The notes under the pieces are model-generated. The model made no database searches. It saw only the letters and a program-made list of their open reading frames with translations, and was not told where the DNA came from. From NCBI GenBank assembly GCA_000004985.1, contig GG738864.1: a stretch of 64,000 bases of DNA; one strand, written 5' to 3'. This stretch comes from Naegleria gruberi (taxonomy: Eukaryota). This document shows positions 1 through 10,241 of the stretch, piece after piece (position 1 is the stretch's first letter; the number at the start of each line of letters is the position of its first letter). Made by a program: the position numbers and the translations under genes.

Positions 1-697
1 CAAGAAGACCAACAAGAATTCCAAGAAGGAAGGATCTGACAAGTTCACTGACGAGGAAAGAATTACTATTTTGAATGAACTTGGAGGAATTAATGGAAGA
101 TCAGATCGGTGTGTCAAATGTTTTAGAATGGTAGAAATGGCTATCCATTTCATTCAAGCCAATACTGTCTCTGTTAGCTCTCTTTCTTCAAACATTTTAG
201 AAAAACCACTTGTTCAATATTTGGAAAAAGATTTGATGATGACAGGAGCCAGACAACTCTTCGGTGCTTCATTGTCCTCCATGATACGTATCAAACATTT
301 GGATAATTTATGGGAATTATTGGAATCACATCTCACTGTTGATTCATTCTCTTCAGTTCATGCAAATTACAGAAAGGAATTGAGCAAAGATTTGGAACAA
401 ATCCTCCTCACAAAGGTTGCTCCTAAAATTGATCTTAAAGTTTTCTTGTCAGCCCTTAAAGAAGCAATTCAAACTCACTTGACAGAACCGTACTCGGACA
501 TGAACCAAGATTTAAAACAATGGCTTTCCTATTTACCTATTCCAGATAATTTTGTTCAAGGTACTGGTGAGCATGCCAATTCTGAATTGGAAACAATTTC
601 TGACTTTACATGGTTTAAACATGTTCCAGATAATTTGTTTACCTTGGCAATGGCTTTGGAGGTTTTCAAAACATTGGAGACTTTGGTAAAACAATAA
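1..697 (+). CDS. Hypothetical protein, C-terminal fragment. The reading frame is open from base 2, so the gene begins upstream of the window.
   Basis: The 71..697 ORF stays in frame back to position 2 (KKTNKNSKKEGSDKFTDEERITILNELGG...), so the window truncates the 5' end. TAA stop at 695-697. No domain recognised. Confidence 0.45.
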   Translation, partial: KKTNKNSKKEGSDKFTDEERITILNELGGINGRSDRCVKCFRMVEMAIHFIQANTVSVSSLSSNILEKPLVQYLEKDLMMTGARQLFGASLSSMIRIKHLDNLWELLESHLTVDSFSSVHANYRKELSKDLEQILLTKVAPKIDLKVFLSALKEAIQTHLTEPYSDMNQDLKQWLSYLPIPDNFVQGTGEHANSELETISDFTWFKHVPDNLFTLAMALEVFKTLETLVKQ

Positions 698-737
698 ACT
701 TGTTTTAAATTCAAAGATATGATTTATTCAAAGTTTA

Positions 738-3260
738 CTAAACGAGTTTATAATACTTGACTTCTGACATCATTACTTCAAAAATTTCTCTTGCAATGAG
801 GTTACTAGTTGAAGTGTAAGTGAAAATCCAAACACGAGCATTTCGTTCTACCAAGTAACATACTTTCTTCAATGTATGTCCAGAGTAGGTTGTTGAGGCT
901 AGCTCTACAATTTTTGCCTTCAGAGTTGGGACTTCACCCTCTGTTGAATCCACTTCAGAGTTTGATTGTTGAGAGTAGAGTGAAACTTCATAATCTACAT
1001 TCTTTACAGAAACAATTGTGCACGTCTTGAGAACTTGCTCCTTGAAAGTGGTGGAGTAAAATTGTTCAAGCAAGCTTCCACTATTTTCCATTGACACTCC
1101 TGTGAAGTTTGAAGCTTGTGCTCCATAATCTTCTATTCTATTCTTGTAGGTAGTATTTCCAAAATTTACATAGGTCACAAAAACATTTTCCAATGTTTCT
1201 CTAGATCTTGTTTGGTTTGGATTCTTGTTGGCAAGATATTGAATAGGATGATAGAGAATGAGTTTGTAATCCTGAGATCTCTTTCCAAAATCACCAACGC
1301 CAAAGTGTCGCACCATTTCATCCTCTCCAGAACAAGCATCTGCCTCTATTCTAAGTGATGGAATAAAGCACATTGGTACAGACAATACAATACCATCCCC
1401 GTCCAAATTTGAGGTCTTTCTCTTGAGATCAGAAATGGATTTGACTGTGAAAAATTCCTTTACAAGAATGTCAATCCAAGCAGCACCATCAATTGGTGGA
1501 ATATTGTTATTACTATACACGAGATTACTACTGAATATTTCTGCTGCATCCTCATCTTCGAACATGGAACCTCCAATACTTGAAAATGCAGCTGAGAGTC
1601 TCTTTTTCATCTTTTTAGAATTGTTTTGTGCAATGGTGTTTGAATTTTTTCTCTTGGAAATGATATCATTATTAGGAGAGGTACAATCTGCTGTTTTATC
1701 AACAGAATCCACAAGACCTGAAGTATTAGATGAAGAACGGCTGAGATTTCCACTATTTCTATTGGATGATGGAGGACTCACTGTTAATTTGGAAATGTCA
1801 TCATGATTAGTTGATGTTGGAGGTGTACCATTTCCATTATTGAATAATTCCTGTTGAATATTAATCGAAGGAATCAACAAGCCCTTTGTTGGTACAGTTA
1901 AATTCAATGAATATCCCAGAATATTCTCAGATTCCCTCCTTGTTGTTGTTAGCATTAAACAATACAATAATCCATTAGAATCTTGAATAAAGTAAATCTT
2001 CTTGTACAATAATTTCTGTGGTAACAATTCATGGTGAAATTGAATAATAAAGTAGAGAGCCTTCTTCTCTGGTTGAATATGTTTATCCACCACATGAGTA
2101 ATTCCCTTCACTAATTTTGGTTCGAGCATTGTTGAATGACTACTAGAGGATGACGATGAAGGAGATGATGGAGAAGGTGAAGCAGCAACAACAGAAACTT
2201 GTCTCATCATACTCGATGAAGGTGTTCTATGTAAATTATTATTACCACCCGAAGAAGAACAAGAATTTGATGAATCATAATTCCTCGACAATTCTTGAAT
2301 ATCTTCAATGGCCAACTGGGCCTCCTTCTCAATACTATGTGGTGAGAAGGTTACATAAATCTCCAGGAAATCCTTCTCAAAGTTTCTATCATAGCTGGAG
2401 AAGAAGATTTTTTGTTGAATATTGTTATTTGTGTTGCTCGTTGTTGTTGTGGCGCCATTTTGTTGTTGAGAATTTACTTGGGTCGTAGATAATTGGTTAT
2501 TATTGGCGGGAGAATTTGTTAAAGAATTTGTGTTCACTGGTGTTGGAGGTTGAAGGCTTGCTGATGATGGTGAAGAAGATGATGACGATGATGATGATGA
2601 TGGTGGAGATTGGCTTATATTAATATTATTATTATTATTACTATTATTTACATTATTTAATTGTTGTTGTTGTGGGGAATAATTAGAAATATTATTGCTA
2701 TTACTACTTCCATATTGAAGTAATTGTACTTTCCAATCGTGAGGTAAATAGACAGAGTAGTATAATTCGGTAATTAATTGGAGAGATTCCACTGATTGGA
2801 GTTGAATAGGAATGATCGTATGATCTGATGATGACGAGGAAATCATTGATGATGTATGATGATGAAAAGTACTTCCACCACTACTCGAATATTGATGATG
2901 AACAAAAGTACCACTACTTCCATTACTAGTAGATGGTTGATGATGGTAATTAATATTATTATTATTTGAAGAGGATGATGAGGTACCAATCATGAGTGGT
3001 GAATTACTTCTCGAGGTATTGAGTGGATCGCCACTTCTTGGAGTTTCGGCTACTTGATTCGAATTTGTCATGGTGGTAACAGCTACTTGATTGGTGCCTG
3101 TGAGGAAATTCATTCGACCACGACTGAATTTTCTGCCACTATTTGATGGTGATGATGAATTACTGTTACTACCTCCATTATTCGAAACATTGCTTGGGTA
3201 GTGCATGGATACGGATGATTTGCTGTCTTCATCTCGAGATCCTGAAGAAACGTTTCCCAT
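738..3260 (-). CDS. Large N-myristoylation-motif protein with long S/N/Q low-complexity tracts and a conserved-looking C-terminal globular region. Function unknown.
   Basis: The 738..3299 ORF is long and uninterrupted on the minus strand. The first ATG is at 3260 and gives MGNVSSGS..., which fits the N-myristoylation consensus M-G-x-x-x-S. Poly-S, poly-N and poly-Q tracts are present (the CAA/AAT/TCA repeats visible at 2560-2700). The C-terminal roughly 250 aa are non-repetitive. Confidence 0.55.
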   Translation of the reverse strand: MGNVSSGSRDEDSKSSVSMHYPSNVSNNGGSNSNSSSPSNSGRKFSRGRMNFLTGTNQVAVTTMTNSNQVAETPRSGDPLNTSRSNSPLMIGTSSSSSNNNNINYHHQPSTSNGSSGTFVHHQYSSSGGSTFHHHTSSMISSSSSDHTIIPIQLQSVESLQLITELYYSVYLPHDWKVQLLQYGSSNSNNISNYSPQQQQLNNVNNSNNNNNINISQSPPSSSSSSSSSSPSSASLQPPTPVNTNSLTNSPANNNQLSTTQVNSQQQNGATTTTSNTNNNIQQKIFFSSYDRNFEKDFLEIYVTFSPHSIEKEAQLAIEDIQELSRNYDSSNSCSSSGGNNNLHRTPSSSMMRQVSVVAASPSPSSPSSSSSSSHSTMLEPKLVKGITHVVDKHIQPEKKALYFIIQFHHELLPQKLLYKKIYFIQDSNGLLYCLMLTTTRRESENILGYSLNLTVPTKGLLIPSINIQQELFNNGNGTPPTSTNHDDISKLTVSPPSSNRNSGNLSRSSSNTSGLVDSVDKTADCTSPNNDIISKRKNSNTIAQNNSKKMKKRLSAAFSSIGGSMFEDEDAAEIFSSNLVYSNNNIPPIDGAAWIDILVKEFFTVKSISDLKRKTSNLDGDGIVLSVPMCFIPSLRIEADACSGEDEMVRHFGVGDFGKRSQDYKLILYHPIQYLANKNPNQTRSRETLENVFVTYVNFGNTTYKNRIEDYGAQASNFTGVSMENSGSLLEQFYSTTFKEQVLKTCTIVSVKNVDYEVSLYSQQSNSEVDSTEGEVPTLKAKIVELASTTYSGHTLKKVCYLVERNARVWIFTYTSTSNLIAREIFEVMMSEVKYYKLV

Positions 3261-3436
3261 GAGTTGTTTGTGATGAGTTGATAATAGGAAAGATGGCAAG
3301 GGAAACGATGCTTTCTGTTGCCAGTTTAGAGAAGCTTTTTTTTGCTGTTGTCACATAATTGGAGATTGATGACAGATAGCATGGAATTGGCATACATGAC
3401 AGTACGTTAACAAATAAGGTGGACAAGAGAACCTTT

Positions 3437-3765
3437 AGTTTTTAATTATGCATAGCACTCAACCAAGATTTTTCACATTATAATTTTGTCTAAAACGAGA
3501 AGACTCTAGTTGATTGTAAGCAGATTGGTTTTTTCATCTGAAAGAATGAATCAAAGAATGAATTGATAGTCTTCTTTTGGTTTAGAAAAGGTCATTAATG
3601 AACTTCGAAATGTTTTAATGAATTGTAATGGCAACATTAGGTTCGTTTAGTTTAAAATGAAAAGAACCATGCATCAAATAAGATCACGTTATGAAGTCAC
3701 ATACAGTTGTTGCTCAAAATATTTTGAATCACGTTCTGAAAAACTCCAGTAAATAAATTCTATTA
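3437..3765. repeat. Copy A of a diverged direct repeat of about 270-330 bp. Copy B is at about 4600-4865.
   Basis: Shared blocks by eye: 'tttttaat(t/a)atgcatagca', 'ttttcacatta', 'tgtctaaaa(c/a)gagaa', 'tagttgattgtaa', and 'gaattgtaatggcaacatt...aaatgaaaagaacca...atcaaataagatcacgttatgaagtcacat...gttgttgctcaaaatattttgaatcacgttctgaaaa'. Copy A carries an extra roughly 80 bp insertion. Confidence 0.55.
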
Positions 3766-3923
3766 TTTCTATATCCAAAAGGAATAATTTTTTAGATATT
3801 TAATATTATTGACATGTACATTGATTATGGATTTATAGAATCGTTTCACAATTGTGTATTACGCATAATAGTATTTAATAGTATTATGAAATTCCTAATA
3901 TTAAAAAATTATTAAAATAAAAA

Positions 3924-4478
3924 ATGTCGCAAGATGAAGAACAAATTCCTTGTCCTTTAGATTTCTCTTTCAAATCATCACTACTCATTCAAAAATTCGA
4001 AACGGAACATTGTAAACAACTCAGAGAATTAACCTTGGTTGTGATCGGAGCCTTTAGGAAACAATCAGATAATATGAGCAACAATTTTACAAAGTTTATG
4101 GTTGCATGTTTGGATAAATCAAGTGGAAAGTACTTTTCTGTTTGTATGGTCGGAACTGGATTCACTCAAGAATTAAGAGAGGACCTTTCGAGTAGATTAT
4201 CTCAATTGATTATTCCAGAACCATTGGAAAATTATGTTTTCAATAAGGATCAAATGGCAGAGGTATGGTTTCGACCAGTTACAATATTTGAAATTCAAGT
4301 GGCTGATATTTGTCTATCTGGTATTCATAAGGCCGGTTTTGGAGTGTTTAAGGAGGGAAGTGGTTTAGGATTGAGATTTCCAAGATTTGTTAAGGAAAGA
4401 AAATTTATGAAGCCAGAGGATATTACTACTGTGGATGAATTAATTAAATTGTACAAAATAATGAATAATTATTATTAA
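3924..4478 (+). CDS. Stand-alone ORF encoding only the C-terminal OB-fold/adenylation-adjacent part of an ATP-dependent DNA ligase (ligase I/III-like, including conserved motif VI). Likely a gene fragment, relic or neo-gene.
   Basis: ATG at 3924 in an A-rich context (aataaaaaATG). The protein contains ...LTLVVIGAFRKQ..FSVCMVGTGFTQELREDL...EVWFRPVTIFEIQVADICLS...GLGLRFPRFVKERKFMKPEDITT. LRFPRF..R.DK is ligase motif VI. The ORF has none of the N-terminal catalytic KxDGxR core. It is distinct from the LIG4 gene at 36770-40029. Confidence 0.55.
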   Translation: MSQDEEQIPCPLDFSFKSSLLIQKFETEHCKQLRELTLVVIGAFRKQSDNMSNNFTKFMVACLDKSSGKYFSVCMVGTGFTQELREDLSSRLSQLIIPEPLENYVFNKDQMAEVWFRPVTIFEIQVADICLSGIHKAGFGVFKEGSGLGLRFPRFVKERKFMKPEDITTVDELIKLYKIMNNYY

Positions 4479-4599
4479 TTATTATTAATTATTTATATAT
4501 AGTATTAATAATTATAAAATTAATTTGGTGAGTTTACAAAGGGAAATTATCCTTTTTATTAAGGTGATTTTCAAATTTTGGATTGACCTTCTGTTAGTT

Positions 4600-4865
4600 T
4601 TTAATAATGCATAGCATCTTTTCACATTAGTTGTGTCTAAAAAGAGAAAACGCTTGCTGAATGTTTAGTTGATTGTAAAGCATTGGAGAAAATGAATTGG
4701 CAGAAAAGTACACAAATGAACCTCAACTTGTTAATGAATTGTAATGGCAACATTTCACGTTTCCTTTACAATGAAAAGAACCAATCATCAAATAAGATCA
4801 CGTTATGAAGTCACATCTCGTTGTTGCTCAAAATATTTTGAATCACGTTCTGAAAACTATTTATT
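4600..4865. repeat. Copy B of the diverged direct repeat (see 3437-3765). It overlaps the 5' leader and start of the next ORF.
   Basis: Aligns by eye to 3437-3765 at roughly 75-85% identity. It lies directly upstream of, and partly within, the 4744..5379 ORF. Confidence 0.55.
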
Positions 4866-4950
4866 GAAAGCTCTCCAATCCCAAACAACCAACTCATCAA
4901 AAAAACAAAACAATTCAAAATACTTACAAAAATTGAAACTCAATTGCAAG

Positions 4951-5379
4951 ATGAAGAATTTAGCAACACCTATGGTTGAACCATGTTATTTCTTTTTCAA
5001 TGGAGGTTGTTATAGACCTTGCGGTCATTCTCACTGTCCACCTCAACACGAATTGGCAATTTGGAAACAAATTTGGGCTAAAAGAAACTCAAAGAAACAA
5101 AAATACCAAACCGGTGTTTCCAATGAAGAAATGGAATATTTCAAGAAGAAGATGAGAGAGTATTTGGAACAACAAGAAGAAATGAATATGAAAATCAGAA
5201 TGCAATCCAGAGAAATTGAAAGACAACACGATACTATCAATGCCATGAAATGTCAAAGATCATCATTGATTGCTGCTCAATCACCAGTAACTGTTAATAA
5301 TAATTATGTAAATGTTGTGAATGTTCCAGAAAATGGTAATTTCAGAATTAGAACCACTCATACCAGATATTTGCAATAG
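4951..5379 (+). CDS. Small protein with a CCCH-like Cys/His cluster followed by a charged coiled-coil region. The start is uncertain: the ORF is open from 4744 inside repeat B.
   Basis: The 4744..5379 ORF has an in-frame ATG at about 4951 (MKNLATPMVEPCYFFFNGGCYRPCGHSHCPP...). The C-x7-C-x3-C-x3-H spacing is close to, but not a canonical, CCCH finger. A heptad-like charged segment (EYLEQQEEMNMKIRMQSREIERQ) follows. Confidence 0.4.
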   Translation: MKNLATPMVEPCYFFFNGGCYRPCGHSHCPPQHELAIWKQIWAKRNSKKQKYQTGVSNEEMEYFKKKMREYLEQQEEMNMKIRMQSREIERQHDTINAMKCQRSSLIAAQSPVTVNNNYVNVVNVPENGNFRIRTTHTRYLQ

Positions 5380-5546
5380 ATAGACAAGAAATTTCCAAAT
5401 ATGTAAATTGAAAAAAATGTAAAAAAACAAAAAAATGTAAAAACAAACAAAATTAATAAAAATAATTTCAAAAAATTTCTTTATTCAACTTTTTCACAAA
5501 CATTAAAAACTCTTCACACTATTCTCTTCTATTTTTCTATTATTAT

Positions 5547-7082
5547 TTAAAAAGGATTTCTTTGATTGAAAATTTGTGGTTGATAATTCAAATGATATGG
5601 ATAGTATTGAGTTGGATGTTGTCCGTAATAGAGAGTTCTCTGTCTAATTGGAATGTGATGATTATTGGCAGGAATATGTGGCATGTAAAAGACAGGAGCT
5701 GCTTCAGTATTATCAGCTGCATGCAAACTTCTAACTTGTGGTTGACCAGTTTGTTGTTGAGGAGGAGCTCCTTGTTGTTGTTGTTGACCTTGGGCAGGAG
5801 CTTGTTGTGGAGGAGGACCCATTGGTTGACCACCTTGTTGTGGTTGACCACCTTGTTGTTGCTGTTGTTGTTGTTGAGGAACAGGTAATGGTTGTTCTTG
5901 ACCTCCACTAATACAGAAAACTTCACTCTTAGCCAAACATCTAACATTAAAAGGTCCAACAAAGACTGGATTCACACAAATAAAATAGGAACATCCCGGA
6001 GTTGTTTGTAAAGCTCCGCCCCACATGATAATGAATGGAATTTTACCACTTCTTGGTGGAGCTGCAGCTTGTTGATTGACATTAATTAATCTGACATCAT
6101 CTACAACATATTCTCTGTTTTGATCTCTGATTTGGAATACACTGACTGAGAATTGATCGAAATTGAAATTTTCAGAGAATTCCAAGAATTGAGTTGTGTT
6201 GAATTGCCATTGAGCATTAGCAACTGGTTGACTAATGTTGAAACTACCAGATGATAATGAAAACATGCCTGATTTGGCAAAACAGACACCTTCATCAGCT
6301 TGATTAGTTTGGTTATTACTCTTTGGATCAACTCCTGCTTCATTCGAAACTAACTCTGCACACAAGTAATACATGTTACCATATTTGACATCTGGCATTG
6401 TTGGAACCAGATATGATAACTCACCAAATGGCTTACTCTTATCAAGAATATATGAATTCTTTGAGTTTTCTACTTGAGTATCAGCTTGTTGACCACCATT
6501 CTTCCACAAACTAATGGAAATTGAAATTGAACCCTGAGCACCATTTTCAACACCATTTCCAAAGAATTGACTATATACAACTGAGTAGTTTTGGCCAGTG
6601 AACCATTTGGTATATTGTTGTGGATAATCCAATGTCAAGTAAGGTCTTCTTGGAGCTCCACCAGAGTTGACCAAATCTGGATTGTAAGAACAATAGAAAC
6701 CACCAACTGCATAACAATCAGTAGAGTGAGTAATTGAGGTATTAGTAGGATTGAGACATGCATAATAGGAACAGCTTTGAGTTGCATTCACTGGAATGAC
6801 CCAAGGGACGTAACCAGAAGCTCCTGGAATGTTAACTTCACTTGTCATGACTAATTCATCAGCTTGATCTTGTCTTTGTCTGTACAGTGTGAGTGTTGCA
6901 TTTTGTCCACTCAAGACTCCACCACCAATGTAGAGTAAGGGAAGGACACGACCTGTCGGAAGAACTGCGGTGTTATCCGGGATAATTACATACAAGGCAG
7001 TGGTGGTGAGGGAAATTGCCAATATATAGAAAAGTGCAAGTAGCAAAATTGAATAGCTATACTTCATTCGATTGTTGTTCAT
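5547..7082 (-). CDS. Secreted or cell-surface glycoprotein with a C-terminal P/Q/G-rich, prion-like tail.
   Basis: ATG at 7082 (aaaaaaaATG). The N-terminal hydrophobic segment (SILLLALFYILAISLTTTA) looks like a signal peptide or signal anchor. There are many N-x-S/T sequons and Cys pairs. The last roughly 120 aa are Q/P/G repeats, the CAA/CCA repeats at 5740-5880. Confidence 0.6.
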   Translation of the reverse strand: MNNNRMKYSYSILLLALFYILAISLTTTALYVIIPDNTAVLPTGRVLPLLYIGGGVLSGQNATLTLYRQRQDQADELVMTSEVNIPGASGYVPWVIPVNATQSCSYYACLNPTNTSITHSTDCYAVGGFYCSYNPDLVNSGGAPRRPYLTLDYPQQYTKWFTGQNYSVVYSQFFGNGVENGAQGSISISISLWKNGGQQADTQVENSKNSYILDKSKPFGELSYLVPTMPDVKYGNMYYLCAELVSNEAGVDPKSNNQTNQADEGVCFAKSGMFSLSSGSFNISQPVANAQWQFNTTQFLEFSENFNFDQFSVSVFQIRDQNREYVVDDVRLINVNQQAAAPPRSGKIPFIIMWGGALQTTPGCSYFICVNPVFVGPFNVRCLAKSEVFCISGGQEQPLPVPQQQQQQQQGGQPQQGGQPMGPPPQQAPAQGQQQQQGAPPQQQTGQPQVRSLHAADNTEAAPVFYMPHIPANNHHIPIRQRTLYYGQHPTQYYPYHLNYQPQIFNQRNPF

Positions 7083-7439
7083 TTTTTTTTGAGTTGATAA
7101 AGTTTTTGAATTTTATGGAAAATTTATTGTAAAGTGAAAGATGCCTAATATGGTAATTGGAATTTTGAGGAATTGGTAATGGATGGATAAAATGCATGTT
7201 ATTTCCTTCTTCCTTTTTCAATTTATGCAATCTTTACATTCGGATACTTTACAAAATTGTTCAGTCGTTGTAACTTTCTAATATAACTTTCCAATAAATA
7301 ATAATTAACTAATTAATACTAAAATTTTCAAACATTGTTAGTATTGAAAAATGAAAATTATTCATTGTCACTTAAACTTTCTCTGTTCTATCAAGTTCCA
7401 TCGAAATTCTATTAGAAACATTTAGTCAATCAGAAAAAA

Positions 7440-8015
7440 ATGAATGGATTTTATAACTGCATACGAGAAACTTTAAAAGCAGCTTTCTCATTAATAGATC
7501 TATCACAATCTTCATCAAATATCCATCCCGAAGTTGAAATTGGGTAAGTCACTTGTCAATTAATTTAACAAACAAGTGAAAGAACAAACAGAGAGTTTTT
7601 AATGAATCCAATAATTATTTGTTATCGAAAATGGTATCACGAATGTTTAATTGAAGGATCTTGCAATTCCATTCGTATTAGTTTTCGTATAAATGGTGAC
7701 GATGAAATTTCCCGAATTCTTATTCGAAAGTTTATGAGAATAGTCCACAATAGAGCCGAATCTTTAGAAATTCTCAGAAGAAAACCCATCTCTGGGTATG
7801 ATATCACCTTCCTCCTCACTCTTTCCCATTTACAACAAATGAATCATGAGCTATTAATTGATTCCATTTTGAATTTTATAAAAACCTCAACAGAGCTACT
7901 TGTCAATCAACCATTTTCATATGACAGTTTTCCAATATTTGTAAAGATGAGAGGAAGACTCTTGGCAAGGAAAGAGATTTTTGCAGGCACTTGCATTTTG
8001 ACTGACAGGAAATAA
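7440..8015 (+). CDS. Hypothetical two-exon protein of about 175 aa.
   Basis: Predicted join(7440..7543, 7592..8015). ATG at 7440 in an aaaaaaaATG context. GTAAGT donor at 7544. A 48-nt intron ends ...aacag, and exon 2 then reads in frame into the 7602..8015 ORF. No domain recognised. Confidence 0.4.
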
Positions 8016-8490
8016 ATTTTTAAGAATTTACAATTTTGGACAATACAAACATGTTTGATTGGATTACAATGTTTATTGTTAATGGAAAGACACATTAAAA
8101 TTGTTTAAAATATCTACTATCGTTTCATCATGTGATTGATAAGTTTCGTACAAAGTCAGTATCCATTTAGAAACCATTTATAAAACCATTGATGAACTAA
8201 TTTCAATATGCCAAGTCACAACCTCTTATATCATGTTGTTGATTAATTTGTGCGCGAACATGATCGATTAATAAAACTGAAAATCTATCACAACATCCTG
8301 ATGAATAGTGAAAGCAACCAAAATTAGTCCTCTTAACTGGATATAGTCATACCATTGCCATCTATCTAATAAACTTTCGAATTGTTTAGTTGTAACGTTC
8401 TTAGTGCCTATTCCTGTAATTTTGCCGTAAGAAAGATATCATTAGGTATTACAAACAAATCAAAAAAAACCACAAATATCTCTCGATAGA

Positions 8491-9036
8491 ATGATAACAA
8501 CAACAACGAATGAATCGACACTTGAGTGCAGTGTTGCAGAAATGAGCTGTTGTTGTTGGGAATGCACTAGTGAATGTTTTAATATTGCAAAGGGATCATT
8601 TTCGAATAGTTCAATAATAGACGAAACTAAACAATCTGAAACTGTAATTCTTGATGAAAATTATTTGGATAAACTGATTGATCTGGAATTGAGGAATGTT
8701 CCATCTTCATTGGGATTGGTGTGGAGTAAATTATCTTGCACATCAAATCCTAATGAATTTCTCTTCAAAACTAATCCAAACACAGTTTCGTCGTCTTCTC
8801 AAAAGTGTTATCATTTCTCTAGCAGTGAAGCTTCTAGTCATACAATATCTAATACCTGTCAACCAGTTTCGAATATCCATCAAGCAGAAAGCGCAACTAA
8901 ACTGTCAAAGAAAAAGAAACCAAAAAAGGATAACAACAAGCCAAACTATAGAGTTAGGTTTTCGTATAACAAATTCGAAGAAATTGAATTTAGAAAATCA
9001 AATCCTAAAAAAAAGTTTATCATTTTCAAAGAATAA
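8491..9036 (+). CDS. Hypothetical small Cys/Ser-rich protein. Weak call.
   Basis: ORF with ATG at 8491. There is an N-terminal Cys cluster (MSCCCWEC..C) and a basic C-terminus (KKKKPKKDNNKPNYR). No homology recognised. Confidence 0.3.
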   Translation: MITTTTNESTLECSVAEMSCCCWECTSECFNIAKGSFSNSSIIDETKQSETVILDENYLDKLIDLELRNVPSSLGLVWSKLSCTSNPNEFLFKTNPNTVSSSSQKCYHFSSSEASSHTISNTCQPVSNIHQAESATKLSKKKKPKKDNNKPNYRVRFSYNKFEEIEFRKSNPKKKFIIFKE

Positions 9037-9068
9037 AATCCAAAATCGATAATATTCGAATTTAGGAT

Positions 9069-10241
9069 TTAGTTTCTTTTCCTATTCGAAGCCAGAATAA
9101 TTTGTCTTATAACAGTTGGACCATACCTATCGAACCATCTCTTCCTCAACCAGCTCACCACCACAAACGAAACTGAATTAATAGAAAATGGAAGAAAGCA
9201 AGCCCACAGAAAAACATCCAAAATTATTCTCGAATAAATTACATTAGGATTGAAAACAAATCTCCAATAAGTTACAATAATCAAATAAAACATCAAGTGA
9301 TAGCCATTCCAAAATCGAGAACTTGTTGTAAAATTCAATTTCTCATCAATAAATTCTCTAATATTCAAAATGAGAACAAACCACATGAAGAAAATTGGGA
9401 CGAAATGGACGAAAACATATCCGAAAGACCAAGTGGCCAATCCATAATACAAGTAAGCAAAATTTGCCACAATTGTCAAACCCTGAGCTGGAAAGAAAAA
9501 GTAAAACCATGAAATTCTTCTCAACCATCTGAATTTTTTCACAGTCGTTGTAAACACAACAAGTGAACACAAACAATAACTCCAAAAACACATCCACACC
9601 CAATAGCCCTCCATATTCGTGTAGGGAATGTAGATTAGGATCATCATGACAGTTACTAGATAGTGAGCGACCTCAATTATTTTCCTTGTTAAATTCTTGT
9701 CGTCTTCCTTTCGAAAAACTCTATTCGAAATGTCGACAAATCTCTTATCCAATTTAATTAATTTAAGATGGTCTGTATTTTCTTCAGAAATGGCAACATC
9801 TTGATTCTCCTCTTTCAATGCTTGATTCAAATGTTCCTCTAAATTAATAAGAAACAAGTAATTTACCAATGGACGAATCAAAACTAAATGAACCATCACT
9901 GCAAACGAAACAAAAAAGAAACAAGCAATCACTGCATTACTTCCAGATTCATTTGAAAAACTCTCTCTCATACACGTCCATATAAACTCTGGAATTTTAG
10001 CTAAAATTTCCCAAATCGAATAATTTTCCACTAAATAAACTAAATGTTCAAGCAGTGACGAAAGTTCCGATTCATGTTTATAGTTATTTGTAAAAATTTG
10101 CTTTTCCGTATCATCATGATGATGAAAAACCTGATAAATTTGCTCATGTAGAAAATTCGTTACATTCCTCATCAATTGTTCACCATCAAAGAATCCAATA
10201 AAACCCTCTGAGTGGATGATATCCGAATATTCACTTGCCAT
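9069..10241 (-). CDS. Multi-pass integral membrane protein of unknown family.
   Basis: ORF 9069..10259. The likely start is the second ATG at 10241 (aaaaaaaaaATGgca; MASEYSDIIHSEGF...). At least 7 hydrophobic helices are present (e.g. VIACFFFVSFAVMVHLVLI, YLVTVMMILIYIPY, WMCFWSYCLCSLVVF, WFYFFFPAQGLTIVANFAYLYY, FVHFVPIFFMWFVLIL, LMFYLIIVTYW, ILDVFLWACFLPF). Confidence 0.6.
   Translation of the reverse strand: MASEYSDIIHSEGFIGFFDGEQLMRNVTNFLHEQIYQVFHHHDDTEKQIFTNNYKHESELSSLLEHLVYLVENYSIWEILAKIPEFIWTCMRESFSNESGSNAVIACFFFVSFAVMVHLVLIRPLVNYLFLINLEEHLNQALKEENQDVAISEENTDHLKLIKLDKRFVDISNRVFRKEDDKNLTRKIIEVAHYLVTVMMILIYIPYTNMEGYWVWMCFWSYCLCSLVVFTTTVKKFRWLRRISWFYFFFPAQGLTIVANFAYLYYGLATWSFGYVFVHFVPIFFMWFVLILNIREFIDEKLNFTTSSRFWNGYHLMFYLIIVTYWRFVFNPNVIYSRIILDVFLWACFLPFSINSVSFVVVSWLRKRWFDRYGPTVIRQIILASNRKRN

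Noticed and set aside
1116-2488. Plus-strand ORFs 1116..1358, 1423..1806 and 2150..2488, embedded in the long minus-strand gene 738..3260.
   Set aside because: No start context, no recognisable domains, and complete overlap with a continuous 840-codon ORF on the other strand.
5562-5962. Long ORFs on the strand opposite the P/Q-rich tail of the secreted glycoprotein (5562..5888 +, 5588..5962 -). Similar cases lie opposite other low-complexity regions: 11342..11650, 11403..11750, 33450..33719, 40407..40681, 63528..63785.
   Set aside because: They are composed of homopolymeric L/N/Q/K runs generated by CAA/AAT/TTG repeat DNA and overlap well-supported genes. These are compositional artefacts.
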